In this document: in pieces, positions 8,780 through 18,467 of the stretch
Numbering within the stretch: position 1 is the first letter of the stretch
Layout: every line of letters begins with the position of its first letter
Source: a virus
Lineage: Duplodnaviria > Caudoviricetes
Reading direction: 5' to 3' (one strand)
DNA: 37,381 bases
Virus record (IMG/VR): IMGVR_UViG_3300048599_000083
Span: 1-37,381 of that record
Position numbers and translations under genes: made by a program
The notes under the pieces: generated by a model
What the model was told of the DNA's origin: nothing
Seen by the model: only the letters and a program-made list of their open reading frames with translations
The model's database searches: none

Positions 8780-9904
8780 CTAGAAGGGGATGTCGTCGTC
8801 GCCGGCCGTGGAGGCGGCCTGCCGAAGCTGGTCGTCAACGAGCGCGATGATGTTCTTGATCCACACCAGATCGGTGAGGGTCTTGAGCGAGTCAGGATGC
8901 TCGCCCAGGTGGCCCTGGCCGTTCTTGCACTCGCACGCGATGTTGCCGAAGGCGTCGGACAGCTCGCGGGTGTTGGGCTTGCGGCCGACATGGCGCTCGA
9001 CCAGGGCGGCCAGCTTGGTCGCCAGCTCCTTCTTCGCTTCGGCCAGCTCGTTCGAGGCGGGAGCGGACGTGTCGGACACAGGGGTCGGTTCAGGCGGGGT
9101 CGTGTCGAAGTGGTCAAACTCGCCCTTATAGGTCGGCAGGCTCTTGATGAAGGCGATCGCTTCGAGACAGATCGCGTCCACCGACGGCTGGTCCCAGGCG
9201 AAAAACTCGGCGGGCTTGAGGCCGCGGACTTGTGCGCCATCCCGCATGCCGTCCACGAGCTTCGTCTTGAAGTGCGTCTCCATCCCCTTACACCAGGCGT
9301 AGACCGCCTTGCCGGCTTTGGGGATGCCAAACGCCTCGGCTGGGCTTGGGGCTTGGGCCGATTCTCTCGGGGCGCTCATTGCCTCGTGAGCCTCGGCATG
9401 AAGCGGATTCACCTCGGCCGGTGACGGCTGGGGACGGATCGCGTCCTCGTGGGAGGCGTTCGGGTCGAGCCAGGCGGGGATGCCCTTGTTGTAGAGGTAT
9501 CGGCCAATCCCCCAGGCGTCCTGGGCGGCCCGGCGAAGCGCGTTCGTGTACCCCGACTTCTCGTCGTTGTCCACGTCGGCTTCCCATTCGTTCGTCTGCT
9601 TGTTGTACGAGCCCATCTCCTCGAAACCGGCGCCGTCCTCCTTGTGCATCCAGACCCAGGCGCCGTTGCCCATCGGGACCAGGATGTTGAGGCGGCACTT
9701 GTAACCGCGATTCGTGGCGTCGTACTCGGGGAACCAGCCGTGCGGCCCGCAGACCGTATCCAGCCGATTCTCCAGCGCCCGTTTGTCGATGTAGGTCAGC
9801 TCACCCTTCCCGCCGCGTCTCGGGACGACCGAGAGTTCATCGGGGTGGAAGGGAGCGAGCAATGCACGCCAGAAGGCAAGCTGCTCGGCGTTCAGATGGA
9901 CCAT
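8780..9904 (-). CDS. Rad52/Rad22-family (Sak-like) single-strand annealing protein
   Basis: LLAPFHPDEL...LTYIDKRALENRLDTVCGPHGW...EKSGYTNALRRAAQDAWGIGRYLY; ends in DDDIPF; GGAG RBS. Confidence 0.88.
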   Translation of the reverse strand: MVHLNAEQLAFWRALLAPFHPDELSVVPRRGGKGELTYIDKRALENRLDTVCGPHGWFPEYDATNRGYKCRLNILVPMGNGAWVWMHKEDGAGFEEMGSYNKQTNEWEADVDNDEKSGYTNALRRAAQDAWGIGRYLYNKGIPAWLDPNASHEDAIRPQPSPAEVNPLHAEAHEAMSAPRESAQAPSPAEAFGIPKAGKAVYAWCKGMETHFKTKLVDGMRDGAQVRGLKPAEFFAWDQPSVDAICLEAIAFIKSLPTYKGEFDHFDTTPPEPTPVSDTSAPASNELAEAKKELATKLAALVERHVGRKPNTRELSDAFGNIACECKNGQGHLGEHPDSLKTLTDLVWIKNIIALVDDQLRQAASTAGDDDIPF

Positions 9905-10048
9905 TGCAACTCTCCGGTGCGGTTCCTGTGGGTCCGCTGAGATGTACCCAACCGCTCCTTCTATAGATCAGGAAAATCGGAGCGAGGACTCGCAGCAAAG
10001 GAAACCTGGACTTGGATTGGTTCCCGCGGGGACACGGCGGCTCGACAG

Positions 10049-10077
10049 GAAATAGAGATCACAGTGATCGCTATTTC
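10049..10077. promoter_or_regulatory. 29-bp palindromic site, copy 3 (divergent control region)
   Basis: GAAATAGAGATCAC-A-GTGATCGCTATTTC, 13 of 14 arm positions paired, ~145 bp upstream of the leftward operon. Confidence 0.9.
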
Positions 10078-10808
10078 TCCGCCCACGGGTCGATTTCCGG
10101 TGTTGTCAGATTGGCGGCCGATTTCGGCCGACGATCCAATTCCGAAAAAACGAACGGCCAATCTGTTGGTTGGCAAGACTCTCTGTGGGCACGGGACCAC
10201 TGCCGGCCGAGGCGAGCCGGACCAAGAATCGCCAGTCTGAGTTCCGTGGCATCCGAGTCCAAACCACCAGACCCACCCGCTCCCCGTGGATCTCTGGGCC
10301 GACAACACGATCCGTGAAGCTCGGGAGCTATCGGCGTCGGTAAGAGTCCCTGGCATGTCGGCATGTCCGCCGGCCTGCGTACTACTCGCCGAAAAGTCCT
10401 GGCGGGCGAAAAGCACCCCGCATGACCGACGCCGATATGGTGGCGCAGGGTCGCACGGCGAGAGCCGGATTCCCTCGCCAGAAGGGGAGAGTGCGTCGAG
10501 ATCGGACGCATCAACGACGGTTGAAAATTGCGGATCGGGGGAGGGAGGCGGGTCAAGTCGGTGCGAGCAGGAGGCGAGCATCTGCGAGGAGCAGGACGCG
10601 ACGGTGGACCAAAGCCAGGAGGCGGACGTTGGAGGAGACCCTGGACTGGCGTCTCGAATTTTAGTCCGATCCCCAGCTTTGCTCGTCAGCCTGATCTATG
10701 TCGCTCTTTGGTGATCGCTGGGAGAGCTGCATGGTTCGTCCCTCGATCGATCCAACTCGCGGGTGGGGGAATGGACCCTCACCCGATGTTCACCCGGAGT
10801 CAGCGATC

Positions 10809-11621
10809 GTGAGTGCCTCGACTGCAACACAGATGGTTCAGGTTCCGTTCCACGACGACGTGATCGAGGCCGTCCAGACCGAGGACGGCAAGATCATGGT
10901 CAACCTCAAGAGCGTGTGTCGTTCGCTCGGCATCGACGATTCTCCACAGCATCGCAAGCTACGGACTTGCGGATGGGCAACCACTACCATTATGGAGTCG
11001 GTTGCGCAAGATGGTAAACAGCGTATGGTTACGATGATCGACCACGAATCGCTGCCGATGTGGCTCACGTCCATCAACCCCGGCAAGGTTCGTCCCGAGA
11101 TCCGCGAGAAGCTCCTCCGCTATCAGCGCGAGGCCAAGGCGGTCCTGTCGGCCTGGTTCCTCGGCGAGTCCTCCGACGCGCCGGGCCTTGCGGCCGAGTT
11201 CGCGGCGATGAAGAAGCGGATGGCTGCGCTCGAAAGGGACATGACCCTGGCCTGCGACTGGCGGGATATCTGGCACGCCAAGGCGGCTCAGATGGAGGAC
11301 ACGACCCAGACCCTCGCCCGCATCGTCCGCCCGATCGACGGCGATCACGGTGAGTACATGACGGCTCGGGAGTTCATCGACCGTTACCGCGTCTGGAACG
11401 ACATGGGCCGGATCATCAACGGCATCGAGATTCGGGCGATCGGCCGCACCATCGCCGAGATCAGCAGGGCGCTGCGGGTTCCGATCGGCTCGACTGCGGG
11501 CCGGCTGGGCATGGTCAACACCTACCGGATCGACATCCTCCACGCCTGGCGTTCCCTGCATGAGCTTCGCACGAGGCTCTCGACCGATCGCTTCTTCGCA
11601 ATCACGAAGCGACCGCTCTGA
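10809..11621 (+). CDS. Phage antirepressor, P22_AR N-terminal domain protein
   Basis: VPFHDDVI...VNLKSVCRSLGID...DGKQRMVTMI...LPMWLTSINPGKVRPEIREKLLRYQRE; GTG 10809 preceded by GGAG. Confidence 0.88.
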   Translation: MSASTATQMVQVPFHDDVIEAVQTEDGKIMVNLKSVCRSLGIDDSPQHRKLRTCGWATTTIMESVAQDGKQRMVTMIDHESLPMWLTSINPGKVRPEIREKLLRYQREAKAVLSAWFLGESSDAPGLAAEFAAMKKRMAALERDMTLACDWRDIWHAKAAQMEDTTQTLARIVRPIDGDHGEYMTAREFIDRYRVWNDMGRIINGIEIRAIGRTIAEISRALRVPIGSTAGRLGMVNTYRIDILHAWRSLHELRTRLSTDRFFAITKRPL

Positions 11622-11660
11622 GCAGCGAGCGGTTGGCTACGCTCTCTCAGAGGGGGAGCG

Positions 11661-12071
11661 ATGGCCCGCAAGTCCGCAACCACGAAGTCGAGCAAGTTCA
11701 AGCGGCCGGAGCTTCCGACCGCTGTGGGCAAAATCCTGGCCGGGGGGAAGGTGACTGCCGATTCGGCGGCCCTGCTCTCCGACCTGATCGACGTTTGGGG
11801 CGGCACCAAACGTCTCGCGCTCGACATCCATGCCGAGTTCCAGAAGGCGGCAGCCGGCGGCATGACCCGCCAGCGCATCCTCGAAATGCTCCAGCGCCTC
11901 GTCATCACGAACACGACGCACGAGATTACCAAGATCCGCAACCCCGGCGACATGGACGACGAGGAACTAGAGCGGGTCGCGATCGAGTATCTCGGGAGGC
12001 TCAACAGTGGACCCGCTGCCCCCGCCCCAGCAATCGGTCTTGGGCCGGAAGATGGGGAGGGGGAAGGGTAA
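11661..12071 (+). CDS. Probable terminase small subunit
   Basis: Immediately upstream of and overlapping the large terminase; helical protein with a C-terminal DMDDEELER motif; strong GGGGAG RBS. Confidence 0.6.
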   Translation: MARKSATTKSSKFKRPELPTAVGKILAGGKVTADSAALLSDLIDVWGGTKRLALDIHAEFQKAAAGGMTRQRILEMLQRLVITNTTHEITKIRNPGDMDDEELERVAIEYLGRLNSGPAAPAPAIGLGPEDGEGEG

Positions 12072-13842
12072 GCGGGCCACCCACGGTTCCGTGCCACCGC
12101 TCCCGCCGCCCGCCTGTCTTCAACGGCCAAACCTGGACGAGCTGGACGACATCCAGCCGGTGATCCCGTTCCAGCCGCCTGACCCCTCGCGCCTCACGAT
12201 GATGGAGGCCGAGGAGTTTAAGGGTGTACTGGCCGAGATCGCATCCCGCCAGATGGAGGCGATTCGGCTGTTCGTGCCCCTGTCGGAGCAGGAGCGGTTC
12301 TTCGCCAGTGATGCGGGCGAGCGGATCGCGCTGGGCGGAAACCGAGGTGGCAAGACGACTGTGACCTGCGTCGAGATCGCTCGGGCCGTGACCGGGCAAG
12401 ACCCGCACGACAAGTACCCGAGGGAGAATGGCTCCGCGATCCTGGTCGGCAAGGATCTCACGCACTGCTCGAAGGTCTTCTACAAGAAGCTGTTCAAGCC
12501 GGGTGCGTTCAAGATCATCCGCGACGAGGAAACCGGCCGGTGGCGGACCTACAACCCCAACTCGGAGTCCGACTCCGCTCGGGCGTCTGAGGCCCGGTTG
12601 GCGCCGCCGCTCATCCCTCGCCGCATGTATGACGAGCGGAAGATCGCCTGGGAGAATAAGAAGGACGAGATTCCCAAGACGATCAAGCTCAAGAACGGTT
12701 GGACGCTCCACTTCTTTTCGTCACTCGGTGCGCCTCCGCAGGGATGGAATGTCGATCTGGTTGCCTTCGACGAGGAGATCGAGCATCCGCTCTGGTATCC
12801 CGAGATGTCGGCCCGCCTCCTCGACAACCGGGTCGAGGAGCCGGAGACGGGCAAGGTGCGGGGTGGCAAGTTTATCTGGTCCGCAACTCCGCAGAGCGGA
12901 ACCCAACAGCTCTACGACCTGAAGTGCCGGGCGGACGAGCTTCGGGATACGCCGAAGCCGCTGATCGAGTGTTTCGAGTTCGGGATGCTCGACAATCCCT
13001 GGGTGTCCGACAAGGCCAAGCAGGAGTTCATCTCGAAGTTCGAGGGGAACGAAGACGAGATCAATGTCCGCGTGTACGGCAAGTTCGCCCTGCTCGGCAC
13101 TCGCGTCTACTCGGAGTTCGCGCCGAAGGGCGTCCACGGGTGCGAGACCTTCCACGTCCCCGAGGACTGGACGGTGTACGCGGCGATCGACCCCGGCCGC
13201 CAGGTGTGTGCCGTCCTGTTCTGTGCCGTGCCGCCGCCGGGCTCGCCCTGGGCGGGCCGGAAGATCATCTTCGACGAGCTGTACCTGAAGCGCTGCAACG
13301 CCAAGATTTTCGCCGAGGCGATGCGTCGGAAGATGGGCCACCGGCCGGTCCAGTACGGGATCATCGACCACCGGGCAGGCCGGATCACGGAGATTGGCTC
13401 CGGTAAGACGCACGAGCAGCAGTATTCGGCCGCGCTCAAGGAGGTGGGCTTCAAGTTCGAGCACAACGGCCACGAGTTCGTGTGGTCGAGCGATGACGTG
13501 AAGGCGGGCATCGAGTCGGTTCGCTCGATGCTGCACGTCGTTGACGGCAAGAGCGAATTGGTTGTGATGCGGGAGAAGGTGCCGAACCTGCTCTGGGAGA
13601 TGGAGCGGTACGCCTACCGGAAGCTCCCGAACGGCGTCGTCACGGACGAACCGATCAAGCTGAACGACCACGCGACTGACTGCCTGCGCTATCTGGCGAT
13701 GGCCAAGCTGCGGTACGTGAAGCCGAAGCCTCGCAAGCGCAAGGGTGGCTACACCACCGAGTATCTCAAACTGAAGAAGGCGCGCGAGCGAGCACGAAAA
13801 GCACGGGACTCCGGTTACGGCGACTCGATCAAGGTTGGCTAG
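12007..13842 (+). CDS. terL: Terminase large subunit
   Basis: Walker A GGNRGGKT, Walker B LVAFDEE, SATP coupling motif, nuclease AAIDPG and NDHATDCLRY. Exact start uncertain. Confidence 0.93.
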   Translation: MDPLPPPQQSVLGRKMGRGKGKRATHGSVPPLPPPACLQRPNLDELDDIQPVIPFQPPDPSRLTMMEAEEFKGVLAEIASRQMEAIRLFVPLSEQERFFASDAGERIALGGNRGGKTTVTCVEIARAVTGQDPHDKYPRENGSAILVGKDLTHCSKVFYKKLFKPGAFKIIRDEETGRWRTYNPNSESDSARASEARLAPPLIPRRMYDERKIAWENKKDEIPKTIKLKNGWTLHFFSSLGAPPQGWNVDLVAFDEEIEHPLWYPEMSARLLDNRVEEPETGKVRGGKFIWSATPQSGTQQLYDLKCRADELRDTPKPLIECFEFGMLDNPWVSDKAKQEFISKFEGNEDEINVRVYGKFALLGTRVYSEFAPKGVHGCETFHVPEDWTVYAAIDPGRQVCAVLFCAVPPPGSPWAGRKIIFDELYLKRCNAKIFAEAMRRKMGHRPVQYGIIDHRAGRITEIGSGKTHEQQYSAALKEVGFKFEHNGHEFVWSSDDVKAGIESVRSMLHVVDGKSELVVMREKVPNLLWEMERYAYRKLPNGVVTDEPIKLNDHATDCLRYLAMAKLRYVKPKPRKRKGGYTTEYLKLKKARERARKARDSGYGDSIKVG

Positions 13843-13895
13843 ATTTCAGAAACGCCTCCCTGGATCGTCCGCCGTTCCCCATCGGAGCTTCCGCC

Positions 13896-14201
13896 ATGAC
13901 TCGTGAAGACCTGAAGTCGCTCGCCATCGGTGCGCTGGTGGGCCTGGCCCTCCTGGCCGGAGTCCTGTCCTACGTCGATCGTCGCGAGCCAGCCCCTCCG
14001 CTGGCCCAACCCTCAGTGCCGAGCCTGATCCCGCCCGCGTGCGACGGGTCGTGTATGAGGTGCCGGCCGCAGTCGGTCAAGCCGTTCGCGGTCGTGTGTC
14101 CCTACTGCCGCAACCGCATCCTCGCCACTCCGTCCCCCACGGGTGATTCGGTCGGCGAGGCGGTCGGTGCGACCGTGACGCCCAAGGCCGCCACGAAGTA
14201 G
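13896..14201 (+). CDS. Small membrane-anchored Cys-rich protein
   Basis: N-terminal hydrophobic helix LAIGALVGLALLAGVLSYV; CDGSCMRC and CPYC; GGAG RBS. Confidence 0.65.
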   Translation: MTREDLKSLAIGALVGLALLAGVLSYVDRREPAPPLAQPSVPSLIPPACDGSCMRCRPQSVKPFAVVCPYCRNRILATPSPTGDSVGEAVGATVTPKAATK

Positions 14202-14285
14202 CCATCCACCCCTCTCAGGGCTCACGGCTCTCACTGTGAGCCTCTTTCCTTTCCTTTGCACCTCCTCACGACCCTGGAGCCGCAC

Positions 14286-14585
14286 ATGGCTGCCAAGCCT
14301 GACGCGAAGAAGTACGAGATGCCCCGCCCACCCCTGGGCCTGGTCCACTGGTTTTCCGCCCCCGGCGGCGAGCCCACCCCCGCGATCGTCACCTCGATTG
14401 GCCGCAACGCCATCGCCCTCGCCATCGTGCCGCCGGATTCGCGGGCCGTCCTGCCCAAAGACGGCGTGATGTACGTGGGTGATCCGCGATCCCGCACGGG
14501 CAACCCCGAGAGTGGGTTCTGGGACTTCACGCCCGAGCACAAGCTGACGGCCGAGCTGATGAGCAACTTCGCCGGCTCGAAGTAA
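14286..14585 (+). CDS. Hypothetical phage protein
   Basis: ATG 14286 with GGAG RBS; PPLGLVHW...PAIVTSIG...GFWDF small beta-rich pattern. Confidence 0.7.
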   Translation: MAAKPDAKKYEMPRPPLGLVHWFSAPGGEPTPAIVTSIGRNAIALAIVPPDSRAVLPKDGVMYVGDPRSRTGNPESGFWDFTPEHKLTAELMSNFAGSK

Positions 14586-14597
14586 TCGGAGGGGATC

Positions 14598-16538
14598 ATG
14601 GACCGCTACGAAGAGGCCGAGCTTGATCCCGTCCTTCGGGCGGTCGCCTCCCACTGGACCACGAAGATCAAGGCCGCCCGCGACCACAAGCGGAAGGTCT
14701 TTCAGGAGGCGGCGGACGAGTGCTACCGCTTCTACAACGGCCCGAAGGATTGGGACGATCTCATGGGTGCCTCGCCCGAGGAATTGGGGGCGGACCCAGC
14801 CTACAAGGTGAACGTCAACAAGACGTTCGAGTTCGTCTCGATCTTCGGCCCGGCGCTCTACTATGAGAACCCGGTGCGCACGGTCAAGCCGCGCATGCCG
14901 GTCGTCGTGCCGCCGATCTTCTTCCCTGACCCGATGGTCTACCAGGCTCTCATGCAGCAGGAGAACGCTCGCGTCCAGGCGGACGGGCTGCGGTCGGTCC
15001 TGTTGGAGAGCTACCTGAACTACACGCCCGTCGAGTTCGACCTGGCCACCGAAGCACGCATGGCCATCGACGAGGCGCTCATCAAGGGGCGGGGCTGTCT
15101 CTGGACCGAGCTGGAGTCGCCGCCGGGCGGCGATCAGAAGGCGGTGCGGTCGGTGTGGGACACGACGGATCACCTGTTTGTGGACCCCGACGCACCCAGC
15201 TTCCAGCGGGCGAGGTGGATCGCCCGGAAGTGCATTCACCCGGTCTGGCAGGTGGAGCGGGAGTATGGCCTGCGGCCGGGATCGCTCAAGGGGAATTGCG
15301 AGAGCCAGGCCCAGCAGGCGGACATGGAGTCGAACGAGGACGCCCTGTACGACCGTAAGCGGGGTCTCTCGAACGACTTGCTGATCTACTACAAGGTCTA
15401 CTCGAAGATGGGCATCGGCGGTCGGCTCGCGGGTATCAACCGCGACTACCGCAAGCCGCTCGAAATCTTCGGGGACCACGCCTACATCGTCGTGGCCGAG
15501 GGGGTGCCGTTCCCACTCAACCTGCCCCCCGACGTGGTGAACGACCCGGCGTTCCAGTCGGACCCCAACGCGGTCTTCGGCCGCACCGCCTGGCCCACGC
15601 CCTTCTGGGTGGACGGGGACTGGCCCGTGTCCGTGCTCGACTTCCACGTGGTCCACAACTGCCCCTGGCCCATGCCGCACCTCAAGGCGGGGATGGGCGA
15701 GCTGAAGTTCCTGAATTGGGCCATGTCGTTCCTGATGGGCAAGATCCGCAACACGAGCCGGGACTTCATCGCGATCCTCAAGTCGGCCGGCGAGGAGTTG
15801 AAGACCCAGATCCTCGAAGGCCGCGATCTGACGCTCTTGGAGGTGGACAGCGACCACAAGGTCATTAACGAAGTCGTCCAGTTCCTCCAGCATCCCGAGA
15901 TGAACGGGGACATCTGGCAGGTGATCCGGGCCGTCGAGGACAACTTCGACAAGCGGGTCGGCCTCACCGAGCTGATGTACGGCCAGGAGGGCAGCACGCA
16001 GATCCGGTCGGCGGAAGAGGCCAACATCCGCCAGACGAACATGAACGTGCGGCCCGACGACATGCGCAAGCAGGTCGAGGCGTGGATGACCAGGGTGGCC
16101 GCCAAGGAGGCGGTGTGCGCCCGGTATCACCTCATCCCGCAGGACGTACAGACGATCCTGGGCGTGATGGGCTCCTGGGCCTGGGGTCAGTTCGTCGCCA
16201 CGAGCGACCTATCGAAAGCCTGCCGCGAGCTGGAGTACCGGATCGAGTCGGGTTCCACCCAGCGTCCAAACAAGGGCTGGGAGTCGCGGACGATGACCGA
16301 GGCGATGCAGAGCCTCGCCCCCATGCTCCAGGGCTACGGCCAGCAGACGGGCGATCTGACCCCCATCAACAACCTCCTGGCGGACTACGCCAAGAGCCGC
16401 GATCTCGACCCGAGCCGTTACCAGCTTCGTGCCGCTCTGCCACCCCTGAGCCCGGTCATTCCAGGTAACGAGCAGGGCGCCGCTCCCGAGGCGGGCATGC
16501 AGGCCCAGGCCCAGAGCAACGTCCCGCCACCGGGTTGA
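14598..16538 (+). CDS. Portal protein (podovirus P22/SU10-like)
   Basis: 646 aa just downstream of terL; YRFYNG, NKTFEFV, IDEALIKGRG, VGLTELMYG...RSAEEANIRQ; Q/P-rich C-terminal tail. Confidence 0.85.
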   Translation: MDRYEEAELDPVLRAVASHWTTKIKAARDHKRKVFQEAADECYRFYNGPKDWDDLMGASPEELGADPAYKVNVNKTFEFVSIFGPALYYENPVRTVKPRMPVVVPPIFFPDPMVYQALMQQENARVQADGLRSVLLESYLNYTPVEFDLATEARMAIDEALIKGRGCLWTELESPPGGDQKAVRSVWDTTDHLFVDPDAPSFQRARWIARKCIHPVWQVEREYGLRPGSLKGNCESQAQQADMESNEDALYDRKRGLSNDLLIYYKVYSKMGIGGRLAGINRDYRKPLEIFGDHAYIVVAEGVPFPLNLPPDVVNDPAFQSDPNAVFGRTAWPTPFWVDGDWPVSVLDFHVVHNCPWPMPHLKAGMGELKFLNWAMSFLMGKIRNTSRDFIAILKSAGEELKTQILEGRDLTLLEVDSDHKVINEVVQFLQHPEMNGDIWQVIRAVEDNFDKRVGLTELMYGQEGSTQIRSAEEANIRQTNMNVRPDDMRKQVEAWMTRVAAKEAVCARYHLIPQDVQTILGVMGSWAWGQFVATSDLSKACRELEYRIESGSTQRPNKGWESRTMTEAMQSLAPMLQGYGQQTGDLTPINNLLADYAKSRDLDPSRYQLRAALPPLSPVIPGNEQGAAPEAGMQAQAQSNVPPPG

Positions 16539-16544
16539 CCGGCG

Positions 16545-16573
16545 GAAATAAGGGTCACTGTGATCGTTATTCT
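16545..16573. promoter_or_regulatory. 29-bp palindromic site, copy 4
   Basis: GAAATAAGGGTCAC-T-GTGATCGTTATTCT, in the gap just after the portal stop. Confidence 0.85.
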
Positions 16574-16593
16574 TCCCTGGAGACTCACCCGCG

Positions 16594-17268
16594 ATGACGC
16601 CCGAGACGTTCGTGATCTTGCCCGACGGCCAACTGGAAGCCGGAGTCTCGCATTTGATCCCCGAGGACGTGCCGATTGTCACGATTGACCATCGTGTCGC
16701 GGAGGCGATCGAGGACGGATGCTCCTTGCCCTACCAGTTCGATCACTACATCAGGTGCCGCAACAACGGCTGTGCTCGCCGCCTGGCCGCCTGCCTGGCG
16801 TTGCGGTCATTCCCGAGCATCAAGACCGACGCCATCTTCAACGAGGGCCGGTTCAGTGGGTCCGACCAGTTCGCCGACACCCCGGCCCAGGGCGCCTGGC
16901 TCCGATCGCAGGCCGAGGCCGCCGGAGTCTCCACCGCCGGCAAATACTACCTGTCCGGGCTTGCCGACTTCCCCGGCGATCCTACGGCCTGGGTGTCGGA
17001 TCGGGGAGACGTACTACGGGTGGCACGCGAGAAGAACCTCCGAATCCTCGACGGCTACGTGAAGCATGAGCCGGTCGAGCGGGAGCCGATGGCGGACGTG
17101 GAGATCGCCCCCGACCTGATCGAGTCGGAGGTGGCCGACATCCTCGACTCCAACCCCGGCGCCGATGCCGAGCACGTCCGCGATCACGTCTATGCTTTGA
17201 GGACGGGACGCACCGATGACAACCCGTTGGTCGTCGATGATGCCGGGGTTGGTGATCTGCCCGAGTGA
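16594..17268 (+). CDS. Hypothetical phage protein (post-portal)
   Basis: 224-aa ORF with GGAG RBS; no recognisable capsid or protease motifs. Confidence 0.75.
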   Translation: MTPETFVILPDGQLEAGVSHLIPEDVPIVTIDHRVAEAIEDGCSLPYQFDHYIRCRNNGCARRLAACLALRSFPSIKTDAIFNEGRFSGSDQFADTPAQGAWLRSQAEAAGVSTAGKYYLSGLADFPGDPTAWVSDRGDVLRVAREKNLRILDGYVKHEPVEREPMADVEIAPDLIESEVADILDSNPGADAEHVRDHVYALRTGRTDDNPLVVDDAGVGDLPE

Positions 17269-17291
17269 CCGGGCCAGAGGGGGATTGAGCC

Positions 17292-18467
17292 GTGGGGTAC
17301 TCGACCTACCAGGATGCGATTGACCACGCCCTCGATTATCTCGGCGGCAACGCCTCCGACCAGGCCCTCCGCGACTGCAAGCGGGCCGCGATCGAGGCGC
17401 ACCGCACGCTGGCCAACGCGCACAACTGGAGCTACCTCTACACCCACGGCCGCATCGTCACGACGGCCCCGTTTCCCACCGTGGACGGGGCCGCCACGAT
17501 CACCTACGACCACTCCGGCGGGACGTATCCCCGCATGGTCACGATCACCGGGGCCATGTGGCCCGAGTGGGCGGCTGATGGCACGTACCTCCGCGTTGGT
17601 TCGGCCGCCTACAAGGTGGACCAGCGCAAGAGCGCGACGGTTCTGACGCTCGACGATCAGGTCAACCCTGGCGACGATCTGCCGGCCGGGACCGCCTTCC
17701 AGCTCTACCGCGACACGTACCTTCTGCCGGCCGACTACATCGCCCAGGACCAGGCCCTCTTCGAGCAGAACTTCGGGGGGATGACCTACACCCACCCGAG
17801 GGAGTGGCTGTACGAGGGTCGATCGGCGTGTTCTCAGGGGACGCCCCATAGCTACACCGTGACCGGCGACCCGAAGTGGCCGGGACGGCTGGCGATGCGC
17901 GTGTTCCCCTGGCCGGGCGAGGCCCGGTCGATCGACTTCATCTACAAGCGGTCGCCACGCCTGCTGCTCAGTGCCGAGGACGCCCAAGGCAAGGTGTCGC
18001 TCTCGCTTGGCGGCAATCTGGTGACTGGCACAGGCACCGCCTTCCGGCCAGGCATGGTCGGCTCAGTCCTGCGGCTCTCGTCCACCGCGATCCGGCTGCC
18101 CACGAGCGGCTTCGGGGCCAACCCGGCGGCGTTCGAGACGCTCATCACCAGCTACGTGTCCCCCAACGCGGTCGGCGTGGCGGACCCGGCTCCGCAGGTG
18201 TTCGACACCGTGGCCTACACGATCTCCGACCGCCTCGACATTGAGGAAGGCAGCATGCTCAATGCCTACCTCCGCTGTGTCGAGATGCACCTGGGCATGG
18301 TCCGCACCCTCAAGGACAAGCCGAGCGCGCGGAGCCAGTTCGCCGAGGCCCTGGAGCGGGCCAAGGCGGCGGACAGCCGGAGCTTCATGGGCAGGTCGGT
18401 CGGCGGCAATCGCCGGACCCGAATGCGGCTCAGTGACTACCCCTACAACCCGAATGACTTGGAGTGA
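17292..18467 (+). CDS. Probable head-tail adaptor (tail tubular protein A-like) with inserted beta domains
   Basis: TYQDAIDHALDYL...HNWSYL, YLLPADY, GTPHSYTV...RVFPWP adaptor-like pattern; inserted VTGTGTAF module; helical C-terminus. Confidence 0.65.
   Translation: MGYSTYQDAIDHALDYLGGNASDQALRDCKRAAIEAHRTLANAHNWSYLYTHGRIVTTAPFPTVDGAATITYDHSGGTYPRMVTITGAMWPEWAADGTYLRVGSAAYKVDQRKSATVLTLDDQVNPGDDLPAGTAFQLYRDTYLLPADYIAQDQALFEQNFGGMTYTHPREWLYEGRSACSQGTPHSYTVTGDPKWPGRLAMRVFPWPGEARSIDFIYKRSPRLLLSAEDAQGKVSLSLGGNLVTGTGTAFRPGMVGSVLRLSSTAIRLPTSGFGANPAAFETLITSYVSPNAVGVADPAPQVFDTVAYTISDRLDIEEGSMLNAYLRCVEMHLGMVRTLKDKPSARSQFAEALERAKAADSRSFMGRSVGGNRRTRMRLSDYPYNPNDLE

Noticed and set aside
9961-10714. ORFs of 80-206 aa in the divergent region
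   Set aside because: They overlap in several frames, have Arg/Ser/Pro-rich non-globular composition, and lack clear RBSs or motifs
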